Origin: Pirellulales bacterium
GTDB taxonomy: Bacteria; Planctomycetota; Planctomycetia; Pirellulales; UBA1268
Assembly: GCA_040397585.1 (NCBI GenBank)
Contig: JBBAVS010000006.1
Coordinates: forward strand, 669 to 64,668
Direction: 5' to 3'
DNA: 64,000 nt
The notes beneath the pieces were generated by a model. The model was not told where the DNA came from and ran no database searches. It saw nothing but the letters and a program-made list of their open reading frames with translations. The position numbers were made by a program, and so were the translations under genes. Positions within the stretch are counted from its first letter, which is position 1; every line of letters starts with the position of its first letter. Positions 41,301 through 51,981 of the stretch are shown piece after piece.

Positions 41301-42161
41301 GGCGGCGACGTCGAGGGGTTTTCGCTCGCGGCCGGGGAGGTGCCCGTGCGGCTGCTCGAAGGGCAGCTCGCCTTCGGGCCGTTCGACATTCCGGTTGCCG
41401 GCGGCCGGGTCCGCGGCGCCCCGTGGGTGCGGCTCGTGCCCGCCCCGGGCGAGCTCGTGATTCCGCCGGGCCGTCTTGCCGAGCGGGTCGCGCTGTCGGA
41501 GCAGGCCTGCCGGCGGATCGCGCTGTGGCTCTCTCCGGTGCTCGGCCATGCCGCTCATGCCGCGGGCGTCGTGAGCGTGGACCTCGCGGGTGCGCGGCTG
41601 CCGTTCGCCGATGCCTTCGGTGGCGAACTCGCCGGCCAGCTGATCTTCGAGAACCTGGAACTCAGCCCCTCGCCGGCGGTGCAGCCGCTGGTGAACCTGC
41701 TCGTGAAGCTGCAGAGCGTGGTCGATCCGCGGTTCGCGTTCGGCGACAAGGCGGTGGTCCTGCGGGTGCGGCCCGATCCCGTCCGCGTGCGGCTCGCCGG
41801 CCGGCGGATCGCGCACGACGGGCTCGTGATGGACTCGGGTCAGCTGGTGGTGAAGTCGCAAGGGAGCGTCGGCCAAGATGGCTCGCTCGACATGCGGCTG
41901 GAGGTGGCCCTGCGGGGCGACCTCGTGGGCCAGACACCGGTGCTCGGCACGCTCTTCCGCACGCCACTCATCGTGCCGCTGAAGGGGACGGTGGAGAAAC
42001 CGCAGTTCGACGCGGCGGCGCTCGACTCGATCCTCGGCCGGATCGTCGAGAACACCGCGGAGGCGGTGCTCAAGGACGGCATCGGCCGCGGCCTGGAGGC
42101 CGTGTTCGGCCCGCCGGAGCCCCCGCCGGCGGCCCCCGCCCCCGCGAGACCCCAGCCATGA
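38310..42161 (+). CDS. Large membrane-anchored envelope protein, AsmA/TamB-like (tentative)
   Basis: Track ORF 37941.. trimmed to the ATG at 38310. Arg-rich N-terminus plus a single TM (GLVVITAVAVAIVSAAP), then about 1200 aa of Ala/Gly/Val/Arg-rich beta-type sequence. The C-terminal block ...LIVPLKGTVEKPQFD... resembles AsmA-family C-termini. Confidence 0.7.
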   Translation: MARRHSGHGVGSRPRRRWVRGLVVITAVAVAIVSAAPTVLVHTPLRDQPLALAFAGIDGSITSSAASWRWMGGVEYRDVVLRDRSGRAAVFVPRLALDRGLLRLACEPRSLGTMRFVDPEVLVEVRGDGSSLEDIIAPWLASTVRPQAIELEVVNGTVELVDTVHRVAWRLSDVIAAGSLQADGSLAGWTAAGRLRHSDGAAAVGNPRAAVPPPGAPVRLDRATIPAAAAAVLVRDGGWSLSSPPAAADGGRTITLATHRLPLGASTVVASRFGLPYLVDGIADLRLDVSLDATGRHLAGEAALERFAVCDAETLAEQLAIDRCHVPFDLSLDTERIVVRRLEATSDVLRAQATGSVRMPTAHDPAWAERLIADDFTASIDIELAAAATALPGGLRVRPDVRVTGGSLRLAAAARGDGGDRVVELRATVRDLTAVRSPAADAAAGEPAPRPLAWPEPFSAWVRGRRGPGRGERLRIEEAKLVSQAVEATASGSPAAFAVQWQADLAAVVGELAQVLDLGAATAAGTCRGRLDVAAAGSGGGPGSLTLAASLVDVEVNVPGRPTWRDAQLSLEAEAEGSVVSGGAAIDRGRAVIASGDDRLEASLDGGAVVDLAAVVGFPADASVAWIRPAASSTATKAAWSLVGDLARWQPRLATILPTFATPGLELAGTLKAGAEVAPQGDVWQWTRAGCEIEKLVVRHDGREIVEPRVVITSAGRIDAVSGRVDITSGELLSTSLSLRTGGLAWLPATVAASAIERLRGRMQWQADVGRVEPWLVPAAVAKSWPAAGRGWGTIEIIDTQAGVNLLVEATGSQLMLASGGREGQAARPVWSEPRVAGALEVTRPRVASGTLADQLRIDRLSVESSTLAVAATGRLDDWSTRRVMMLEGTAAYDWQQVSRLISPWTGGRIRLVGSEGRPFALRVPLAAADSLAEMAASGGGPASATVPLPADWLAATRGTDAEPDLAVRVTRPASTTTRPADDRLKSLAIDTTAAWSGGDVEGFSLAAGEVPVRLLEGQLAFGPFDIPVAGGRVRGAPWVRLVPAPGELVIPPGRLAERVALSEQACRRIALWLSPVLGHAAHAAGVVSVDLAGARLPFADAFGGELAGQLIFENLELSPSPAVQPLVNLLVKLQSVVDPRFAFGDKAVVLRVRPDPVRVRLAGRRIAHDGLVMDSGQLVVKSQGSVGQDGSLDMRLEVALRGDLVGQTPVLGTLFRTPLIVPLKGTVEKPQFDAAALDSILGRIVENTAEAVLKDGIGRGLEAVFGPPEPPPAAPAPARPQP

Positions 42162-42340
42162 ACGGCGTGCAGCTGCCGATGATCGCCCTGCCGGTGCTGC
42201 TCTTCATCGCCATGATCGGGGCCGCGGAGGCCGGCCGCCGCCTGAGCCGGCTCCGCCGCCTGCGGTCCGACGATGCGGATGCGGTAAGAACCAGCGCCGT
42301 CGATGCCGAACCGCGAGCTGCCTGCATTGGCTCGCTCTGA
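42158..42340 (+). CDS. Possible 60-aa membrane peptide translationally coupled to the AsmA-like gene
   Basis: Its ATG overlaps the upstream TGA (ATGA at 42158-42161). MNGVQLPMIALPVLLFIAMIGAAEAGRRLSRLRRL is a hydrophobic helix followed by a basic patch. Confidence 0.35.
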   Translation: MNGVQLPMIALPVLLFIAMIGAAEAGRRLSRLRRLRSDDADAVRTSAVDAEPRAACIGSL

Positions 42341-42430
42341 GTGTCAGTTCGTTCTCACCATCAGAAAGCCCCAAGGGTGAGCGAGGGGATGGGGTACGCT
42401 GGTGACTCCCCTCAGGAGCATCGCGGCTTC

Positions 42431-44770
<2,340 letters not shown>

Positions 44771-44781
44771 CGGGGCGGCCA

Positions 44782-45269
44782 TCAGGGGTCGAGGACGATC
44801 GCCACCGGCAGCGAGTTGCCGAACGTGGTGAAGTCGCGAAACGACCAGACGACCCGCTTGTCGGGAGTGATCTCCAGGATCTGCGGCTGCTCGGGGCCGT
44901 GGCCGGGCTTCTTCTCGTTTCCAACGAGCGGCACGTCGAACTCCCAGACCACCCGCCCCGTGGCGTCGTACTCGCGGACCACGCCGTCTTTCTCGTGGGC
45001 CACGAGATAGGTGCCGGCGGCCGTCTTGCGGGCGTTTCGCGTGTCGGAGTGGGCCGATGGCGACTGCACCGTCAGCGGAATCTCACGGGTGATCGCGCCG
45101 GCTCGATCGACTTCGAGGATCCGCGCGGGGCCCGACTCGACGATCATCGTGATGCCGTCGGCGAGCCCGTCTGCACGGCTGATGGCGGAGCTTCGCCCCG
45201 GGCAGGGGCGCCGACCGCGGCGAGGGCGAGGGCGACCAGCGCGGACCGCGGGGCATTCCAGGAGCGCAT
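44782..45269 (-). pseudogene. Frameshifted or truncated secreted beta-propeller-like gene (signal-peptide ORF + 121-aa C-terminal fragment in another frame)
   Basis: ATG 45269 (TGATG overlap with the DUF1501 stop) opens MRSWNAPRSALVALALAAVGAPARGEAPPSAVQTGSPTASR, which stops at 45144-45146. ORF 44782..45147 (MIVESGPARILEVDRAG...VVWEF...VVWSF) continues in a different frame, with its ATG overlapping that stop. Confidence 0.4.
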
Positions 45270-46759
45270 CAGGCGATGATCTCCCGGATCGGCTCGACGT
45301 GCTCGACGCCGACGAGCTTCTGGTCGAGGCCGCCGAAGAAGTAGGAGAGCCGGTTGGGGTCGAGGCCCAGCTGATTCAGCACGGTGGCGTGCAGGCTCTT
45401 CACGTGGAAGCCGGTCTTGCCGTCGTGCACCGGTGAGATCGCCGCGGCGCCGAGCTCGTCGGTCTCGCCCACGCTCACGCCCCCCTTGATGCCGCCGCCG
45501 GCCATCCACATCGTGAAGCCATACGAGTTGTGGTCGCGGCCCGTGCCCTCGGCGTATTCCGCCGTCGGCTGCCGGCCGAACTCGCCCCCCCAGATCACGA
45601 GCGTCGAATCGAGGAGCCCCGACCGCTTGAGGTCGGTGAGCAACGCCGCCACCGGCTGGTCGGTGTTGCCGGCGTGGAAGGTGTGGTTCTTCTCCAGGTC
45701 GCCGTGGGCGTCCCAGTTGTCGTCGTTGTGGGCGCCGCCCGAGTAGAGCTGCACGAATCGGACACCCCGCTCCACGAGCCGCCGGGCCAGCAGGCAGCGC
45801 CGGCCGAAGTCGGCCGTCCGGGGGTTGTCGAGGCCGTAGAGTGCCTGCGTCTCCTCCGTCTCGCCGGCCAGATCGACCGCCCCCGGCGCGTGCTCCTGCA
45901 TGTTCCAGGCGAGCTCGTAGGAGGCGATCCGCGCCGCCAGTTCGCTGTTGTCGCCACGGGGCAGCAGGTGGGCGGTGTTGGCCTCGCGGAGGGCGTCGAG
46001 CATCGCCCGCTGGGCCTCCAGCGGCATGTCGTCGGGGGGCGCGAGGTCGAGGATCGGCGGCCCCTTGCTCCGCAGGAGCGTGCCCTGGTACGTGGCGGGC
46101 ATGAAGCCGCTCGACCAGTTCTTGGCGCCCGAGATCGGCCCGCCGGTGGGATCGAGCATCACCACGAACCCGGGAAGATTCTCGTTCACGCTGCCGAGGC
46201 CGTAGTTGACCCATGAGCCCAGGCAGGGTGCCCCCGACTGGATCTTGCCGGAGTTCATCTGCAGCATCGCCGAGCCGTGGATCGGCGAGTCGGCCGTCAT
46301 CGAGTGGAGGAAGGCCATGTCGTCGACGTGGCGGGCCATGTGCGGAAACAGGTCGCTTACCCACTTGCCGCACTGGCCGTATTGCTTGAACTTCCACTTC
46401 GGCCCCACCACGCGGCCCTCGCTCCGCTCGCCGCCGCGGCCCTTGGTCTTCACGGGCACCGTCTGGCCGTCGAGCGGATAGAGCGCGGGCTTGTAGTCGA
46501 AGGTGTCGACGTGGCTCGGGCCGCCGTACATGAACAGGAAGATCACGCTCTTCGCCTTCGGGGCGAACATCGGCGGCTTGGCCGCGAGCGGATTCCGAAA
46601 GGGGGTGCCGTCGGCGGCGCGGGTCTGGCGGGCGAAGAACCCCTGGTCGAGCAGGCCGGCCAGGGCGAGCCCCGTGAAAGACGCACCGGCCTCCCAGAAA
46701 AACTCCCGGCGGGTGCGACGGCAGAACGGGCCCGAGGCGGGTTGCGGCTGGCGGGACAT
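45269..46759 (-). CDS. DUF1501 family protein (sulfatase-fold, TAT signal)
   Basis: RRTRREFFWEAGASFTGLALAGLL twin-arginine signal, FLFMYGGPSHVDTFDYKP, and DHNSYGFTMWMAGGGIKGG. 496 aa. Confidence 0.9.
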   Translation of the reverse strand: MSRQPQPASGPFCRRTRREFFWEAGASFTGLALAGLLDQGFFARQTRAADGTPFRNPLAAKPPMFAPKAKSVIFLFMYGGPSHVDTFDYKPALYPLDGQTVPVKTKGRGGERSEGRVVGPKWKFKQYGQCGKWVSDLFPHMARHVDDMAFLHSMTADSPIHGSAMLQMNSGKIQSGAPCLGSWVNYGLGSVNENLPGFVVMLDPTGGPISGAKNWSSGFMPATYQGTLLRSKGPPILDLAPPDDMPLEAQRAMLDALREANTAHLLPRGDNSELAARIASYELAWNMQEHAPGAVDLAGETEETQALYGLDNPRTADFGRRCLLARRLVERGVRFVQLYSGGAHNDDNWDAHGDLEKNHTFHAGNTDQPVAALLTDLKRSGLLDSTLVIWGGEFGRQPTAEYAEGTGRDHNSYGFTMWMAGGGIKGGVSVGETDELGAAAISPVHDGKTGFHVKSLHATVLNQLGLDPNRLSYFFGGLDQKLVGVEHVEPIREIIA

Positions 46760-46778
46760 GGGGCGGCTTCCGGAGGCG

Positions 46779-49724
46779 TCAGTCGAGGTAGCAGAACTCG
46801 TTGAGGTTCAGAACCATCAGGCAGTAGAGCTCGAAGGCCCGGCTGGGGGGCACTCCGTCGGTCGCCTCCAGGCGATCGACGAGGGCCACGCCCCTGGCCA
46901 CCTCGGCGTCGGTCGCGGGCCGCACGAGCGCGAGCTCGAGAGCTCGCCGGACGAGGGCCGCGGTGTCGTCGTCGGCAACGGGAGCCGGCCGCTGCGGAGC
47001 GACCTCGCGACGGACGCGGTCGGCGAACACCTTCGCCTGCCGCTGCAGGAACTCCCCGTTCATCATCCCGAGGGCCTGCGTGGGCTGCGTGGTCACGAAC
47101 CGCACCGGGCAGGTGGTGTCGGTGTCGGCCACGTCGAAGTCGGCGAGGATCGGCGTGACCAGCGACCGCTTCAGGTGGGCGTAGATGCTGCGGCGGGCCT
47201 GCTCGCGCAGGGGCGAGTCGCCCCAGCCGTCGCCGGGCCGCGATTGCCCTGCCATCACTCCCTTGGGGATCGCCGGATAGACGCCGGGGCCGAACATGGC
47301 CGGGTTGAACTCGCCGCTCGTCATGTGGATCGAATCGCGGAGTTCCTCGGCCGCGAGCCGCCGCATGTCGAATCGCCAGAGCGCGTCGTTGAGCGGGTCC
47401 TGGGCGAGGCCCTCAGGCATGCCGGTGCTGGCCGCCCGGTAAGCCTCCGACATCAGGATCAGCTTGTGCAGCCGCTTCAGCCGCCAGCCGCTGGCGACGA
47501 GTTCGCTCGCCAGCCAGTCGAGAAGCTCCGGATGGGTCGGCGGGTCGCCCATCAGGCCGAAGTTGCTCGCACTCCTGACGAGCCCGCGGCCGAAGTGGTG
47601 CTGCCAGACGCGGTTCGCGATCACCCGGGCCGTGAGCGGGTTGGACGGTGCGGTAATCCAGCGGGCGAGGGCGGTGCGGCGGCCGCTGGAGCGGCCTCCG
47701 GCGGCCGGCGCGATCTCCGGAGCGGCGGTCTTGAACACCGCAGGAAACGCCGGCTCGACGCGCTGCTCCGGCTTGGTGTCGGCCCGGGGATTGCCGCGGA
47801 AGAAGACGAAGGTCTCGGGCGCCTCGGGGCCGTGCTCGCTGACGACGAGCGCCTTGTCGACCGGCACCTGCTCCTTGGCGAGCTTCTGGAGGGCCTGCTT
47901 CTTGGCGGCGTAGTCCCGCATGGCGTCGGCGCCGAGGATCCGTTCGCCATCCGCGCGCAGCGCCGCGGCGAGGTCGAAGCCCGCGTCCGCCCGTGATCCC
48001 TTCCCCTTGCTCTTCGGCAGGGCCGAGAGCCGCCGCGACGCGAAGCCCGGCCCCGTCCACGACACGGTGAGGCCGCGGCCGAACACGCCCTGGAAATAGT
48101 CGAGCCGGATCGGCAGGCGGCCCGCGGGCAGGTGGACGGTGGCCGACTTCGGGCTCCCTTCGCCGTGGATGCCGTCGTAGAGGAGCACCTCGCGGCCGTC
48201 CACCGCGAGCCGCGAGCCGTCGTCGGAATCGAGCGTGAACGTGTAGTCGCCCTCCGCCGGCACCTTGAGAAACCCGCTGAACACGTAGCCGAAGTTGTCG
48301 GGCCGCAGCGACGGGGCCACGGTGATGTCGAAGAGGTTGCCGGTGACGAAGCCCGTGTCCTCCGCCTTGAGCTCGTCGAAGGTCGGTAGCCGCTGCCAGG
48401 CGTCGCGGTAGAAGCGGAACTCGAGGTCGTCGAGATCGCCGCCGACGACGGTCGTCTCCGTCTCCGCCTCCCAGGCCGCTCGGAACCGCTCCTCGATCGC
48501 GGTCACGGCGAGCTGGGCGTCGCGGCGGCGGGCGTCGAGGTCGGCGACGGCCGCCTCGTACCGCCGGCGGGCCTCGGCGTCGGCGAACAGCGGCCGTTCG
48601 ATGTTTTCGGTGGCCATCGTCCGGCCGCCCATCGGCGTGATGTTGTGGACGAACGAGAGCAGGGCGTAGTAGTCGCGCTGCGTGATCGGGTCGATCTTGT
48701 GGTCGTGGCAGCGACCGCAGCCGATGGTAAGGCCCAGGAACGTCTGGCCCGTGGTCGAGACGATGTCGTCGAGCCAGTCGTACCGCGCCTGCAGGGCGTC
48801 GGCCGGCTCGTCGTCCCAGATGCCGAGCCGGTAGTAGCCGGTGGCGATCAGGTTGTCGGCCGCGGGGGCTGCGGCTTCGTCGCCGGCAAGCTGCTCGAAC
48901 ACGAAGCGGTCGTACGGCTTGTCGTCGTTGAAGGCGCGGATCACGTAGTCGCGATACCGCCAGGCGTGCGGCTTGTCGCCGTCGCGCTCGAAGGAGTTGG
49001 TGTCGGCGTAGCGGACGAGATCGAGCCAGTGACGGGCCCAGTGCTCGCCGTGGTGCGGCGAGGCGAGCAGTCGGTCCACGGCCTGCTCCCAGGCGTCGGG
49101 TGATTCGTCGGCGAGAAACTCCCGCATCTCCTGCTCGGTGGGCGGCAGGCCGGTGACGCCGTAGGTGGCCCGCCGGAGCAGGGTTCGGCGGTCGGCGGCG
49201 GCGGGCAGCGGGAGGCCCTTGCCATGGAGGCCGGCCCGCACGAAGGCGTCGAGCGGATTCGTGCCGGCCGGCGCCTCCGGCGGCTCCGTCCGCTGGACCG
49301 GACGGAAGGCCCAGTGCTCGCGATACTCCGCCCCTGCCGCGATCCAGGTGCGGACCGCCTCGACCTGCGCCGCCGACAGCCTGGCACCCTCGGGGGGCAT
49401 GCGGAGGTCGGGATCCTCGGTCGTGATTCTGGCGAGGATCTCGCTCGCGGCCACGTCGCCGGGGGCGATCGCCCGTGCCCCGCTGTCGAGTTCGCGCGTC
49501 GCCGCCTCAACGAGGTCGAGCCGCAGGCCGGCTTCCTGCGTGTCGGGGCCGTGGCAGGCGAAGCACCGCTTGGCCAGGACCGGCTGGATGTCGCGCGAGA
49601 AATCGACCGGCGCGGCCGCGCCGCCCGCGCTGGCCGTTGCCGCGACGAGGCCAGTCCACGCCGCGGTCCACCAGAGGCGGACGCAGAGCGACAGTCTGGC
49701 GACGCGAACGCGGCTCTGCGGCAT
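46779..49724 (-). CDS. PSCyt1 + DUF1549 + PA14 insert + DUF1553 protein (PSD1-type planctomycete protein)
   Basis: CFACHGPD heme-type motif near the N-terminus, HWARHWLDLVRYADT (DUF1549), CGRCHDHKIDPI, a PA14-like GDYTFTLDSDDGSRLAVDGREV...LTVSW (about 48045-48422), and the DUF1553 C-terminus ...LNLNEFCYLD. Confidence 0.9.
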   Translation of the reverse strand: MPQSRVRVARLSLCVRLWWTAAWTGLVAATASAGGAAAPVDFSRDIQPVLAKRCFACHGPDTQEAGLRLDLVEAATRELDSGARAIAPGDVAASEILARITTEDPDLRMPPEGARLSAAQVEAVRTWIAAGAEYREHWAFRPVQRTEPPEAPAGTNPLDAFVRAGLHGKGLPLPAAADRRTLLRRATYGVTGLPPTEQEMREFLADESPDAWEQAVDRLLASPHHGEHWARHWLDLVRYADTNSFERDGDKPHAWRYRDYVIRAFNDDKPYDRFVFEQLAGDEAAAPAADNLIATGYYRLGIWDDEPADALQARYDWLDDIVSTTGQTFLGLTIGCGRCHDHKIDPITQRDYYALLSFVHNITPMGGRTMATENIERPLFADAEARRRYEAAVADLDARRRDAQLAVTAIEERFRAAWEAETETTVVGGDLDDLEFRFYRDAWQRLPTFDELKAEDTGFVTGNLFDITVAPSLRPDNFGYVFSGFLKVPAEGDYTFTLDSDDGSRLAVDGREVLLYDGIHGEGSPKSATVHLPAGRLPIRLDYFQGVFGRGLTVSWTGPGFASRRLSALPKSKGKGSRADAGFDLAAALRADGERILGADAMRDYAAKKQALQKLAKEQVPVDKALVVSEHGPEAPETFVFFRGNPRADTKPEQRVEPAFPAVFKTAAPEIAPAAGGRSSGRRTALARWITAPSNPLTARVIANRVWQHHFGRGLVRSASNFGLMGDPPTHPELLDWLASELVASGWRLKRLHKLILMSEAYRAASTGMPEGLAQDPLNDALWRFDMRRLAAEELRDSIHMTSGEFNPAMFGPGVYPAIPKGVMAGQSRPGDGWGDSPLREQARRSIYAHLKRSLVTPILADFDVADTDTTCPVRFVTTQPTQALGMMNGEFLQRQAKVFADRVRREVAPQRPAPVADDDTAALVRRALELALVRPATDAEVARGVALVDRLEATDGVPPSRAFELYCLMVLNLNEFCYLD

Positions 49725-49850
49725 GGGCTGGTCCGACCCCCGATTCTGGCGACGGGACTGCGACGTCCCGATGACCTCCTTCTATGGTATCGTCCAGCGA
49801 ACGTCGGCGACACACGCCACCGCCGGCCGCTCTCATCGCGGAGAATCGCC

Positions 49851-50624
49851 ATGGCCGTCGGATCCAGTTCGCCCTTCTCGCTCGCCGGCCGCGTGGCTCT
49901 CGTGACCGGCTCCTCCACCGGGCTCGGCAAGGCCACGGCGCGGTGCCTCGGCCGCGCCGGGGCGAAGGTGGCGGTGAACTACGCCAACGCCGCCGGCCGC
50001 GCCGAGGAGGCGGTCGCCGACCTGCGGGCGGAGGGCGTGGAGGCCGGCCTGTTCCAGGCCGACGTCACGAGCGCGGCGGAGATCGATCGCATGGTCGCGG
50101 CGATCGAAGGATCGCTTGGGCCGGTTGACATCGTGGTGGTGAACGCCACGCCCGCCCAGCCGCTGAAGCCGATCGAGGACTACGATTGGGACTTCTACCA
50201 GCAGATGCTCGATTTCTTCGTGAAGAGCCCCTACCTGCTCGCTCGCCGCGTGCTGCCCGGGATGAAGGCGCGGCGGCACGGCCGGCTGATCAACATCACC
50301 AGTGAGGTCTTCCACCTCGGCGTGGCGCCGTTCTCGGCCTACGTGGCGGCCAAGGGGGGGCAGACGGGCTGGTCGCGGAGCATGTGCCACGAGCTCGCGC
50401 CCTTCGGGATCACCGTCAACATGATCGCCCCCGGCTGGATCCCCGTGGAACGGCACGAGAACGACCCTCAGGCCGACAAGGACGCCTACCTCGCCAGCGT
50501 CCCGCTGGGCCGCTGGGGCAAGCCCGAGGAGGTGGGCTGGGCGGCGGTCTACCTCGCCAGCATCGAGGCGGCCTTCGTGACCGGGCAGACGATCGCAGTC
50601 AACGGCGGCAAGACCTGCTGGTAG
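49851..50624 (+). CDS. Short-chain dehydrogenase/reductase (FabG-like)
   Basis: Start reset to the ATG at 49851. Contains VTGSSTGLGKA, NITS, YVAAK (the YxxxK motif) and PGWI. Confidence 0.88.
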   Translation: MAVGSSSPFSLAGRVALVTGSSTGLGKATARCLGRAGAKVAVNYANAAGRAEEAVADLRAEGVEAGLFQADVTSAAEIDRMVAAIEGSLGPVDIVVVNATPAQPLKPIEDYDWDFYQQMLDFFVKSPYLLARRVLPGMKARRHGRLINITSEVFHLGVAPFSAYVAAKGGQTGWSRSMCHELAPFGITVNMIAPGWIPVERHENDPQADKDAYLASVPLGRWGKPEEVGWAAVYLASIEAAFVTGQTIAVNGGKTCW

Positions 50625-51981
50625 CCTGCCGGTCATGCTCTCGCCGGAGGCGACGGTCGAGGGCGGTGATCAGCCGCACGAGACGGCGGCGGTAGGAGAA
50701 GTGCTCGACCTCGAGGGTATGCCGCGGGGAATCGACGTAGCGGATACGCGGCTGCGGCTCAGGGCGTTGTCGAGCGCGATACAGCCAGGCGGCGGCACGG
50801 GGTGATGACCGCGCGGCCGCCGCCATCCGGGCCACGACCGCGGCCTGCAGATCGGTGATCCCCCACTGGCCGCTGTCGGGCTGAATCAGGCCGACAACGG
50901 CGATGTCGTCGCGATCCCGCAGCAGGAGATTCATGAACAGCCGCGGGGTGGCATCGGCCGCGTCGCCGCCGAGCAGCCGGGCGTCGATGAAGGGGTGGCT
51001 GATCTGGTAGCCGGTCGCGCAGATCACCGCGTCGAAGGTCTCGCGGGTGCCGTCGATAAACACCACCTCGTGGCCGGAGAAGGCGGCGACGTCGCCGGCC
51101 GGCGTGACCCGTCCGGCATCGATCAGGCCGAGCAGGTCGGAGTTGATCACCGGGTGCGTTTCGTAGAGCCGATGGTCCGGCCGCGGCAGGCCGTGCCGCC
51201 ACGGGAGGCCGATCGAGCGGTCGATCATGCCCAGGCCGACGAGCCGCCGCAGCCAGAGCGGCGCCGCCATCTTGAGCAGCCGCTCGCCGCGGAGGTCGGC
51301 CGGCCGACCCTCGATCATTCGAGGCACCACGTAGTAGCCGCGGCGGGTCGAGTGGACCGTGTGTGCGGCGTGCCGCGCGCAGTCCACGGCGATGTCGCAG
51401 CCGGAGTTGCCCCCGCCGATCACCAGCACGCGGCGACCGGCCAGCGGCACCGGGTGCAGGGGCGACTTGTACTCGGCGGCATGGAGGAGGTCGCCCGCGA
51501 AGGTGCCCGGAATCTCGGGCCAGCGGGGCACGTGGTTGTGGCCGCTGGCGATCACAACGCCGGCGTAGGGCCGCGATGGACCGGCGGCGAGCGACACGCT
51601 CCAGCCCCCGCCCGCCGCGCCGCGGGGCTCGATCCGCTCCACCGTCGCACCGAGCCGGATGTGCGGAGCGAGGGCGTACCGTTCGGCGTAGGCCCGCAGG
51701 TAGTCGAGGCACTGCCGGTGGTCGGGATACGCCGGGTAGTGCCGCGGCATCGGGAAGTCGGCGAACTCGGTGAGCGACTTGGAGCTGATCAGCCGTGTCG
51801 AGGCGAACACCCGCGAGGTCGCCGCCCCGAACAGCCAGTTGCCCCCGATGCCTCCCTCCCGCTCGAGGCACTCGGCGTCGATGCCCAGTTCGCGGAGCCG
51901 CTTGAGCGCGGCGAGCCCCGACGGTCCGGCGCCGATCACGCACCAGGGCAGGCGGTCAGTGGTGGCAGGCGATGATGGCAT
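50599..51981 (-). CDS. Flavin-containing monooxygenase (FMO/Baeyer-Villiger-type, two dinucleotide-binding motifs)
   Basis: Track ORF 50599..52479 trimmed to the ATG at 51981. Contains VIGAGPSGLAA (FAD), VIGGGNSGCDIA (NADPH) and ATGY. The 5' end overlaps the bioF 3' end by 26 nt. Confidence 0.82.
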   Translation of the reverse strand: MPSSPATTDRLPWCVIGAGPSGLAALKRLRELGIDAECLEREGGIGGNWLFGAATSRVFASTRLISSKSLTEFADFPMPRHYPAYPDHRQCLDYLRAYAERYALAPHIRLGATVERIEPRGAAGGGWSVSLAAGPSRPYAGVVIASGHNHVPRWPEIPGTFAGDLLHAAEYKSPLHPVPLAGRRVLVIGGGNSGCDIAVDCARHAAHTVHSTRRGYYVVPRMIEGRPADLRGERLLKMAAPLWLRRLVGLGMIDRSIGLPWRHGLPRPDHRLYETHPVINSDLLGLIDAGRVTPAGDVAAFSGHEVVFIDGTRETFDAVICATGYQISHPFIDARLLGGDAADATPRLFMNLLLRDRDDIAVVGLIQPDSGQWGITDLQAAVVARMAAAARSSPRAAAWLYRARQRPEPQPRIRYVDSPRHTLEVEHFSYRRRLVRLITALDRRLRREHDRQATSRSCRR

